64,000 nt of DNA. Origin: Patescibacteria group bacterium (GTDB taxonomy: Bacteria > Patescibacteriota > CPR2 > UBA1875). The stretch's first letter is position 1. Each line of letters opens with the position of its first letter. The notes beneath the pieces are model-generated. The model did not search any database. It worked only from the letters and a program-made list of their open reading frames with translations, and was not told the DNA's origin. Positions 18,557 through 26,894 of this stretch are shown here, piece by piece. The stretch is from NCBI GenBank assembly GCA_041737595.1, contig JBGSRK010000009.1, forward strand, positions 1-64,000. Reading direction: 5' to 3'. The position numbers were made by a program, and so were the translations under genes.

Positions 18557-19477
18557 CTATATACCTAAGATAATTTTAACATAAAAATTGATTATTTGTG
18601 GGCCAAAAATTAGAGCAATAAATGTACCTAAAGCCAAAAAGGGTCCAAAGGGGATTTCAGATTTAAGACTATTTATTTTCAATTTTATTTTTCTATTCAA
18701 TTTTATATTATTTAAAATAATATTTGTGACACCATAAACTGATCCAGAAACAGAAGCTATTAAAATAGCTAAGAATGTTCCAGCAGGTCCTAAAAGTAAT
18801 CCCATCCCAAGCGCAAATTTACCATCCCCACCACCCATCCAGGTTTCTTTTGAAAAATAAGCAAGTGACCAAAAAAATAAAAATGCCAGCAGGCCAGCAA
18901 GTATATTGTATATTGTATTATGTATATTGTATTGATTACCAATAGAACTAACCAAAAGATAAGTCGCCGAAAGAATAATAAACGTCAAATTAAAACCATT
19001 AGGGATTTCTTTTGTTTTATAATCATAAACCGAGATCATAATCATAATACTTACAATTATAAATAAAATTAATAATAAAAAAGCGTCATTCTGAGAGGAA
19101 ACCGAAGAATCTAGCTTAATAGATTCTAGATCCTTCGCTCTGCTCAGGATGACAGAGTTGGTGGATATATTTTTTAGCCATCTTGATATATTTATTCCTG
19201 ATGTAGAAAATATACCAACTATCGTAAAAATAATCCCAGTTAATAGTTCTACGACTGGATATTGTACCGAGATTGATTTTTTACAATTTCTACATCTTCC
19301 AGATAGTATAAACCAGGAAACTAAAGGAATATTATCATACCAAACAATTTTATGGGAGCAAAAAGGACACATCGAACGCCCCTTGAAAGTTTTTTTTTCT
19401 TGATAACGCCAAAGAAAGGAGTTTATAAAACTCCCAATACACAACCCCAGAACAAATAATATTCCCCCTAAAATCAT
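18557..19477 (-). CDS. pilD: Prepilin peptidase (A24)
   Basis: IGSFIN, RSMCPFC...GRCRNC, YPVVE, MGGGD, IPFGPFL. Confidence 0.93.
   Translation of the reverse strand: MILGGILFVLGLCIGSFINSFLWRYQEKKTFKGRSMCPFCSHKIVWYDNIPLVSWFILSGRCRNCKKSISVQYPVVELLTGIIFTIVGIFSTSGINISRWLKNISTNSVILSRAKDLESIKLDSSVSSQNDAFLLLILFIIVSIMIMISVYDYKTKEIPNGFNLTFIILSATYLLVSSIGNQYNIHNTIYNILAGLLAFLFFWSLAYFSKETWMGGGDGKFALGMGLLLGPAGTFLAILIASVSGSVYGVTNIILNNIKLNRKIKLKINSLKSEIPFGPFLALGTFIALIFGPQIINFYVKIILGI
18901..18935. repeat. 7-bp tandem repeat tract within pilD
   Basis: gtatatt gtatatt gtattat gtatatt gtattga; encodes QYNIHNTIYNI. Confidence 0.7.
19085..19153. repeat. GTCAT...ATGAC palindromic element inserted in frame in pilD
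   Basis: gtcattctgag...gaagaatct...agatccttcg...ctcaggatgac, 69 bp; encodes VILSRAKDLESIKLDSSVSSQND. Confidence 0.85.
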
Positions 19478-19504
19478 ATATTTATTATAACTGATTTTTA
19501 TATC

Positions 19505-19532
19505 AAAAACAGCCGCTTTTCGCGGCTGTTTT
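19505..19532 (-). terminator. Intrinsic terminator after the major pilin
   Basis: aaaacagccgc-ttttc-gcggctgtttt hairpin with A/T flanks. Confidence 0.85.
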
Positions 19533-19544
19533 AGTTGTGACTTT

Positions 19545-20006
19545 TTATCTTAATGCAGTATAGAGTGAATCAGTTGATGTACAATCTGTTTCTGTATCAT
19601 CAGTTGCAGATGTTACTGGACAAGCTCTAATCTCAAAGTTTTCTGTTTTAGTTACAAAATTATAACCCGCTAAAGAAGTTGATGATAACCCATTTAGAGT
19701 TTGAGTAAGAAATTCATTTGTTTTCAAACCATCAACGACCGTACTCACATCAGTAGTTGTAATAGCTGCACAATTTGTAACCCCAGTTTTTACACTAAAA
19801 TATGAACCACATTTAGAATATCTTGATTCAAGAGCTGTTTCTATTGTTTTAACATTACCTGATCTCTGTGTATTAGTCGATTGTCTTCTGGCAGCTGTAA
19901 TTGCTGCAATAATAAGTAGCGATAAAACGGCAATAATTGCCATCACCACCACGAGCTCGATAAGTGTGAATCCTTTTTTTTCTGACATTTTTTCTTTGTT
20001 CAACAT
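19545..20006 (-). CDS. Type IV major pilin (PilA-like)
   Basis: KKG|FTLIELVVVMAII; strong AAGGAGG RBS; own terminator; four Cys. Confidence 0.88.
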   Translation of the reverse strand: MLNKEKMSEKKGFTLIELVVVMAIIAVLSLLIIAAITAARRQSTNTQRSGNVKTIETALESRYSKCGSYFSVKTGVTNCAAITTTDVSTVVDGLKTNEFLTQTLNGLSSTSLAGYNFVTKTENFEIRACPVTSATDDTETDCTSTDSLYTALR

Positions 20007-20134
20007 TTTGATAATTCCTCCTTTTAGATTTGTATTATGAATTTTGTATTCTGTATTATGCGACCATTATACTTTATTCATTATACACTTTTATACTACT
20101 TATATTTTAAAACTACTATCGTACTTGTCAATAA

Positions 20135-21328
20135 CTAAACAATTTGTCCAATTTGATAAATTGGCATCATTATAGCAATTAGAATAACCGCAACCGTTCC
20201 CCCTAACACAACAATAACAAGTGGCTCAATTAAATTCGATATTGATTTTACGGCAACATCTACTTCTTCTTCATAATAGTCAGCTAAATTTGAAAGCATT
20301 CCGTCTAACTCCCCTGTTTTTTCACCCACTGAAATCATCTGAGAAACAACTGGGGGGATAAGGGGATATTCTTTTAAGGCCTCTGAAAGAGCAATCCCAG
20401 ATTTTACCTTTTCTGATGATTCCATAATCATATCTTGAAAAACTATATTCCCAATAGCTTTAGAAACTACACTAAGTGAATCAAGGAGTGGGACACCAGA
20501 AGAAACAAGGCCTGAGAGCGTTCTTGCAAATCTTGCCATATATAATTTTATCAACAGTGTATTAATGATTGGCATTTTTAATTTTAGGTTATCCCAAACT
20601 TTTCTTCCAAATGGTCTTCTTATAGCAAATATAAAATATGCTGATATACCCACAAGCGCAAGTAAAACTAAGGGGCCAAAAGTTGACATACCATTACCAG
20701 CTGAAATAAATATTCTTGTTAATAATGGGAGTTTTGCATCAAAAGACTGATAAAGAGTGTCCATTTGTGGCATCACATAGACTATCATTACAATCACTAC
20801 CACTACTACTACCCCTAAAATAAAAGCCGGATAAACTAATGCTCCTCTTATTTTTCTTATCAAAGATTGTTGTTTTTCAAGCTGATCAGCCATCCTAAGA
20901 AGAGCTTTATCAAGTGAACCACTTGTTTCACCGGACGCAATAAGTGTTAAATCAATCTGTGTAAAAACTTCTGGGAAATGTGCAAAAGCGATTGATAATG
21001 GAGAACCACCTTCAATATCTGAAATTGTAGATTGTAATACTTTTTTAATAGATGGTTTTGTAGTTTGCATATCAAGTGTTTTTAAGGCCTGAGAAATAGG
21101 AAGTCCAGCATTGATCATAGTTGCAAGCTGGCGCATTATAATTACTTTTTCTTTTAATGAAACTCTATTTAATAAAGAGAATCCATTTTCTCTATTAGAG
21201 CTAACACTTATTGGTGTAATTTCACGAGAACTTAAAACTCGGCCAGCCGCCATTTCATTTTCGGCTTCTATCTCTCCATTTACGACTTCACCGTCTTTGT
21301 CTTTACCTACATAAGAATATAAATTCAT
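20135..21328 (-). CDS. pilC: Type IV pilus platform protein (T2SS F family)
   Basis: RQLATMINAGLP, GETSGSL, FARTLSGLVSSGVP, GEKTGEL, IEP. Confidence 0.93.
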   Translation of the reverse strand: MNLYSYVGKDKDGEVVNGEIEAENEMAAGRVLSSREITPISVSSNRENGFSLLNRVSLKEKVIIMRQLATMINAGLPISQALKTLDMQTTKPSIKKVLQSTISDIEGGSPLSIAFAHFPEVFTQIDLTLIASGETSGSLDKALLRMADQLEKQQSLIRKIRGALVYPAFILGVVVVVVIVMIVYVMPQMDTLYQSFDAKLPLLTRIFISAGNGMSTFGPLVLLALVGISAYFIFAIRRPFGRKVWDNLKLKMPIINTLLIKLYMARFARTLSGLVSSGVPLLDSLSVVSKAIGNIVFQDMIMESSEKVKSGIALSEALKEYPLIPPVVSQMISVGEKTGELDGMLSNLADYYEEEVDVAVKSISNLIEPLVIVVLGGTVAVILIAIMMPIYQIGQIV

Positions 21329-21330
21329 TT

Positions 21331-22401
21331 CTAACCGTGTATTAACCTTTCAAGTTCTTTTTGATCAACAGCAAAATTTTTAGCTTCATCTAAAGTAATT
21401 CTGCCTGATTTAACCACAACCGCAAGAGATCTATCCATTGTTTGCATTCCCTCTTCTGCACCTGTTTGTATTACAGCGTCTAATTGATGGGTTTTCCCTT
21501 CGCGAATAATATTACGTACCGCTGAATTTGCTACCATAATTTCTGCGGCTGCAATACGACCACCCCCAATTGCAGGGATTAATCTCTGGGAAACAATAGC
21601 TTGTAAAATATTGGAAAGTTGTGTTCTTATTTGTTGTTGTTGGTGAGGAGGGAACACATCAATCATACGATCAATTGATTGTGCGGCAGTATTCGTATGA
21701 AGTGTTGCGAGAACTAAATGACCTGTTTCTGCGATTGTTATTGCAGCTGCAATTGTTTCAAGATCTCTCATTTCACCAATTAAAACTACATCTGGGTCTT
21801 CACGAAGAACACTTCTAAGTGCGGCAGAAAAAGAACGAGTATCATAATGAACTTCACGCTGTTCTATAACAGATTTTTTATGAGTATGAGTATATTCAAT
21901 TGGATCCTCAACAGTGATAATATGATCTGCTCTTTCGTTATTTATTCTGTCTATCATTGCAGCAAGCGTTGTTGATTTACCAGAACCAGTCGGCCCTGTT
22001 ACAAGAACAAGTCCCCTTGGAATATCTGTAAATTTATTAACAACATCTGGCATTCCTAAATCTTCGAGAGTTCGAATTTTTGTTGGAATAAGACGAAGAG
22101 CGAGCCCCAAATTACCTTTTTGATGGTATGCATTTGCACGAAAACGAGCAACGTCACCAAAAGCAAAAGAAAAGTCTACTTCCATATCTTTTAGTAAAAT
22201 ATCTTTTTGAACATCATCAACTATTGAAAAAATTAGTTTTTCTACTTCTTGCGCCGTGAGTGCGGGTAGGTTAGGGAATGGTTTTAGAGCACCATCAACT
22301 CTTAACATTGGTGGGACACCAACAGTAATATGCAGATCTGAAGCATCTTGTTTTACTACTTGTTCAAGTAAGGTTTCAATTTTTAATGATGATTCTGTCA
22401 T
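21331..22401 (-). CDS. pilT: Type IV pilus retraction ATPase
   Basis: ASDLHI, GPTGSGKSTT, EDPIE, LREDPDVVLIGEMRD, AETGHLV, AVRNIIRE. Confidence 0.96.
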   Translation of the reverse strand: MTESSLKIETLLEQVVKQDASDLHITVGVPPMLRVDGALKPFPNLPALTAQEVEKLIFSIVDDVQKDILLKDMEVDFSFAFGDVARFRANAYHQKGNLGLALRLIPTKIRTLEDLGMPDVVNKFTDIPRGLVLVTGPTGSGKSTTLAAMIDRINNERADHIITVEDPIEYTHTHKKSVIEQREVHYDTRSFSAALRSVLREDPDVVLIGEMRDLETIAAAITIAETGHLVLATLHTNTAAQSIDRMIDVFPPHQQQQIRTQLSNILQAIVSQRLIPAIGGGRIAAAEIMVANSAVRNIIREGKTHQLDAVIQTGAEEGMQTMDRSLAVVVKSGRITLDEAKNFAVDQKELERLIHG

Positions 22402-22460
22402 TTCCCCTCCGAATTTATCTAATTACATTTTACATTAACAACATTTATATTCATATGTTT

Positions 22461-24212
22461 TTATACTTCACTAGCCTTGGCGACAACTTCTTCTATGGTA
22501 GTGATCCCTTCAAGTGCTTTTAAAAATCCATCCTGACGCATTGTAATCATCCCCTCTGAAACAGCTTGTTTTTGAATCTCATATGTTGTCGCATGGTTAA
22601 CTACCAATTTTTCCATTGTTGGAGAAATAGTAAACACTTCATATATCCCAATTCTGCCTGAATAACCAGTATTATTACACTCTGCACACCCCACAGGCTT
22701 ATAAACTGTAAATTCTTTTTCACCATATAAAGGGACTGAATAGCCAAAAGATTTTAATGTAGTAGCATCTTTAGGAAGAAGTTCACCAACTGTCTTAGTA
22801 ATTGCAGCAGAAAGAGATGGTGTCGCTTTATAAGGAGTTTTACATTTAGGGCAAAGAACACGAACTAATCTTTGACCAATTATTGTAGAAATAGTTGACG
22901 CTATTAAAAACGGTTCAATTTCCATATCTAAAAGGCGAGGAAGTACTCCTGAAGCTGAATTAGTATGAAGAGTAGAAAGAACTGTGTGACCCGTAAGAGC
23001 TGATTGGATAGCAAGATCAGCCGTTTCTGAATCTCGTATTTCCCCAACCATTATAATATTTGGGTCCTGACGTAATATAGAACGAAGTCCTGAAGCAAAT
23101 GTAAGACCAACAGCAGAATTTACTTGAATTTGGTTTACCCCTGCGACCTGATATTCAACTGGATCTTCGAGAGTAACAATATTTACGCTTGCAGTATTCA
23201 TTTTAGTAAGAATGGCATAAAGAGTAGTAGTTTTACCTGAACCTGTAGGGCCAGTAGAAAGTACCATACCATGTGGTTTTGTTATCCCCATATTAATTAA
23301 TTCTTCTGCTCTACCTCTAATCCCTAATTTTTCTAATGAAATAACCCCACCACTTTTATCCAGTAGTCTCATTACAACCTTTTCACCATGAACAGTAGGT
23401 GAAAGTGCAACACGAATATCGATTTCATGTCCTTCAACATTTATATCAAATCTCCCATCTTGAGGAACCCGATGTTCATCTATTTTTAAATTTGATAAAA
23501 TTTTTATTCGAGAAATCAATGCCGCCTGTATATGAACCGGAAGTGACATAGTTTCTTGTAAAATACCATCAACGCGAAACCTTACCTTAAGAGCACTTTC
23601 CCAAGGTTCTATATGGATATCAGATGCTTTTGATTTTGCAGCGTATTCTAAAATTGTATTTACTGCACGTGTAACTGGCGCATCCTGAACAAGATCACCA
23701 ACCTCTCCATTCCCAGATAATGTTTTAATGGTTGGTTCTATCTCAACTGATTTAAGTGCTTCACCTACTTCTGCTGATAAATTTTGATATTGGTCAATTA
23801 TTCTTTCTATCCCACTTACCGATGCCATATATGGATTTACTCGGAACCCTGATCTTCTTTCAATAAATTCAATTATTTGTACATTATTAGGATTATTCAT
23901 GGCAACATTTAACATATTTCCAGAAAATCCAAATGGAACGGCACTATATTTTTTAGCCATCTCTTTTGAAATATTTTTTAGAATATTTTGATCAACCTTA
24001 ATACTTGAAAGATCAACATAAGGAACCCCAGAAGAAATAGCATTTGCTTTTACAATATCTTCATCAGGTAAAATATTTAATTTTAAAAGGGTATCATCCA
24101 AATCAGCACCTGAACGGACGCTTTCAATTTTTGCTTGGTCAAGCTGCTCTTTATTTAGAAGATTAAGCTTGACCAGAACTTCTTCAAACTTTTTTTGGTC
24201 TACTGATAGCAT
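22461..24212 (-). CDS. pilB: Type IV pilus assembly ATPase (GspE/PilB)
   Basis: ASDIHIEP, RVPQDGR, GPTGSGKTT, LRQDPN, CPKC/CAEC; start ATG 24212 with RBS. Confidence 0.94.
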   Translation of the reverse strand: MLSVDQKKFEEVLVKLNLLNKEQLDQAKIESVRSGADLDDTLLKLNILPDEDIVKANAISSGVPYVDLSSIKVDQNILKNISKEMAKKYSAVPFGFSGNMLNVAMNNPNNVQIIEFIERRSGFRVNPYMASVSGIERIIDQYQNLSAEVGEALKSVEIEPTIKTLSGNGEVGDLVQDAPVTRAVNTILEYAAKSKASDIHIEPWESALKVRFRVDGILQETMSLPVHIQAALISRIKILSNLKIDEHRVPQDGRFDINVEGHEIDIRVALSPTVHGEKVVMRLLDKSGGVISLEKLGIRGRAEELINMGITKPHGMVLSTGPTGSGKTTTLYAILTKMNTASVNIVTLEDPVEYQVAGVNQIQVNSAVGLTFASGLRSILRQDPNIIMVGEIRDSETADLAIQSALTGHTVLSTLHTNSASGVLPRLLDMEIEPFLIASTISTIIGQRLVRVLCPKCKTPYKATPSLSAAITKTVGELLPKDATTLKSFGYSVPLYGEKEFTVYKPVGCAECNNTGYSGRIGIYEVFTISPTMEKLVVNHATTYEIQKQAVSEGMITMRQDGFLKALEGITTIEEVVAKASEV

Positions 24213-24222
24213 TTTATCCCCT

Positions 24223-24468
24223 TTAATATCCTGAAAAAATATCGGTTTTGCCAATATTGTCTAAGTTTGGCTCACCATAATCAGAAAGATTATTTATTCT
24301 TTCAAAAGTATTTTCATCTATTGTTGTGGGGATAGATTTTATTTGATCGGCCTCTGTTGTTTCAGTTGTTGTTTTTGGAGTAGGATTAAGTAATCTGATC
24401 ATAAAAAATGCCGAGATGCCAATTACAATTGTTGCGATAATTAATATAATTATTTCATTTTTTTTCAT
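24223..24468 (-). CDS. Small single-TM pilus-locus protein
   Basis: N-terminal TM; ATGA overlap with pilO. Confidence 0.7.
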   Translation of the reverse strand: MKKNEIIILIIATIVIGISAFFMIRLLNPTPKTTTETTEADQIKSIPTTIDENTFERINNLSDYGEPNLDNIGKTDIFSGY

Positions 24469-25037
24469 TTATCACTCCTTACATAAGAAGACACTGTTAA
24501 AATAACAGAAAGGTTGTCCCCAGAACTACTAGTATCAACTTTAGATATATTCAATATTCTTAGCGCTTTTTCTAAATTAACTAAAGCATTTTTCAATGAA
24601 TTATAATCATTTGTATTACCTGTCACATTATAAGAAACGGCTCTTACATTATCTTCAGAAGTAGACTCAGCTACAGCCCCAACTGCACCTTGTTCAGTTA
24701 CAGAATCAATAGACAAACCATTTTGAGTCGCAATATTTTCAAATTGAATAAATAATCTAGATATGTCTTTATCTGTTGGAAGAGCTGCTTTTACTTTAAT
24801 ATTTTTTTGTTTTAATTCTTCTTCTTGGCTTTTTAAAGATTTAAGATTTTCTAATTTTTCTTCAAGTTTTAGTAAAACAGCTCTTTTTTCTTTTAAAACC
24901 CTTGATGACTCTTTAAAATCCTTCCATAAAGGAGAACCGATAATAAATATTAAAATTAGAGCAACAACAAACGAGCCTGCCCCAATAAGCACAGCATATT
25001 TATATTGATCAAATAAACTTTTTTCTTTTTTTACCAT
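24465..25037 (-). CDS. pilO: Type IV pilus assembly protein PilO-like
   Basis: TM, coiled coil, then LP motif and LEKALRILNI; follows pilM-pilN. Confidence 0.8.
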   Translation of the reverse strand: MVKKEKSLFDQYKYAVLIGAGSFVVALILIFIIGSPLWKDFKESSRVLKEKRAVLLKLEEKLENLKSLKSQEEELKQKNIKVKAALPTDKDISRLFIQFENIATQNGLSIDSVTEQGAVGAVAESTSEDNVRAVSYNVTGNTNDYNSLKNALVNLEKALRILNISKVDTSSSGDNLSVILTVSSYVRSDK

Positions 25038-25816
25038 ATTAATGCTCCATCAAATAACATTGTTGCTTCAAAAGTGACGGATGTACCATCTTTTCTATAC
25101 TGTGATACTTCCACAGCTGAAAAAAGATTTTTATCTTCAATTTTAATCCCACCATTTTCTGATTTAATTTTTTTGTCAGCCGCTGTGTAAGTAATTAGAT
25201 CTATCTCTTCACCATCAGAATTTCTAATTTCTATGAGATGGTCAGTTGCTGCATCAAAACTAATTGGATACACCCATTGGCCACTAGACTTTACTACAAT
25301 TTCTATTGGGTCTGTCTTATCTACATAAAATTGAAGTTTTTCGCTAGCAGTACCTGAACCATACATTGAAAATATTTTATATTTTTTAAAGCTTTCTACA
25401 AATCTTGCAAGAGAGTTTATATCTTTACCTTCCAAACTAGCTGAAATTTTACCATTATCTAATAAAATTTTAGTAAATTTAATGTCAGTGGGTGTAGCTT
25501 TTTCTATTTGAGGTAATAATTTAGTCCATGGGGTACCATTATCAAGAATTTTTTTTGCCCCCGCTAGACCACTTTCAAGTGATAAGACTGTTTTTTCTAA
25601 ATCAGAATAACTTTCAAGTTCTGTATTAACAGAAGATATATTTTTTTCCACACCGGATGCCATCCCCTTATTAGTTAAGATAAGACCTCCAATAATTACA
25701 AGAACCACTACAATTACTCCAAGAACAGAAAGTGATGAAACTGTTGTAATGTAGTTTAATTTAGAAACTTGTTGTTTCTTTTCTTGGACTTCTGGTACTA
25801 AATTTATTTTGAACAT
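25031..25816 (-). CDS. pilN: Type IV pilus assembly protein PilN-like
   Basis: KINLVP N-terminal PilM-binding motif, TM, W..LL..IEKATP. Confidence 0.75.
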   Translation of the reverse strand: MFKINLVPEVQEKKQQVSKLNYITTVSSLSVLGVIVVVLVIIGGLILTNKGMASGVEKNISSVNTELESYSDLEKTVLSLESGLAGAKKILDNGTPWTKLLPQIEKATPTDIKFTKILLDNGKISASLEGKDINSLARFVESFKKYKIFSMYGSGTASEKLQFYVDKTDPIEIVVKSSGQWVYPISFDAATDHLIEIRNSDGEEIDLITYTAADKKIKSENGGIKIEDKNLFSAVEVSQYRKDGTSVTFEATMLFDGALIW

Positions 25817-25820
25817 AATA

Positions 25821-26849
25821 CTATTCCCTCATCGCAAGTCCGATTGCGGTTGCAAATTCGGCTGATATTTCATTAACTTTATCATTATATTCTTGTTTAA
25901 AAGAAACCTTATTCCAGGGATTTCCTAAAACAACCTCAGTACCTGTAAAAGCTTTTATATATTGGGGCATAAGTGGCATCTTTGAAGAAGCCCCTGTTAA
26001 CACTATTCTTGGAACTGTACTGCCTGATTGTTCTTGATAAAATTTCATACTTCTTACAGCTTCTTCTAAAATGCTCCTAAGAGTTGGCTCAATGGCCTTA
26101 AAAACTTGACCCTCTAGTTTATCTTGAGCAAGCCCGAATTTAACCTTAAATTGTTCTGCTTGAGACATATCTAGCCCAAGGTTTTTAGAGACAGATCTTG
26201 TCATTGCGAACCCAGCGAGTGGGAAACTTCTTGTTTGGACTAAAATTCCTTTTTCAACAACTGCTATTTCTGTAGTTGTTGAGCCTATATCTAAAATCAT
26301 AACAACAGGGTCTGCTTCATTTGTAAGAGAACGGGCCATCGCAACAGTTGCAGTTTCTAGGGCCTGAACATTAAGATCTGCTTTCTCAAATAAATTCATA
26401 AGGCTTTGTACTTTTATCTTAGCTGCAGCAATAATCATTACTGTTAATTCTTTTGTATCTGGATCTTGCTTAATTACTTGCCAATCATATTTAACTTCGT
26501 CTAATTTTAGTGGGATATTTTGTTCTGCTTGGTATGTTATAGCCTTGGCCAGCTCTGCTTGAGACATTGGTGGCATTTTAACTACTGCATTGAAAACCGA
26601 AGTACCAGGGATTGCTGAAACAACCTCTCTATCGGTAATTTGAGAACTCTTAAGAAGCTCGTTTAATATTTTTGCAATTTTTTGTTGATCAAGTTTGGAA
26701 TCACTTTGAGTTAAGCCAGGTGGAATTTGTGCAACACCAAATGCATCCAGCGTGAATTTGCCAGAACCCCCCGAGAGTTGGACCACTCTAATTGCATTGG
26801 TTCCAATGTCGAGACCGAAATGTTTTGTATTCCCTCCAAATAATGTCAT
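25821..26849 (-). CDS. pilM: Type IV pilus assembly protein PilM
   Basis: FGLDIGTNAIRVVQL, ILDIGS, LTGASS, NPW, ATAIGLAMR. Confidence 0.93.
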   Translation of the reverse strand: MTLFGGNTKHFGLDIGTNAIRVVQLSGGSGKFTLDAFGVAQIPPGLTQSDSKLDQQKIAKILNELLKSSQITDREVVSAIPGTSVFNAVVKMPPMSQAELAKAITYQAEQNIPLKLDEVKYDWQVIKQDPDTKELTVMIIAAAKIKVQSLMNLFEKADLNVQALETATVAMARSLTNEADPVVMILDIGSTTTEIAVVEKGILVQTRSFPLAGFAMTRSVSKNLGLDMSQAEQFKVKFGLAQDKLEGQVFKAIEPTLRSILEEAVRSMKFYQEQSGSTVPRIVLTGASSKMPLMPQYIKAFTGTEVVLGNPWNKVSFKQEYNDKVNEISAEFATAIGLAMRE

Positions 26850-26894
26850 ATCAACCTATATTATAATTATTAATTTACTTTATTACTATATGAT

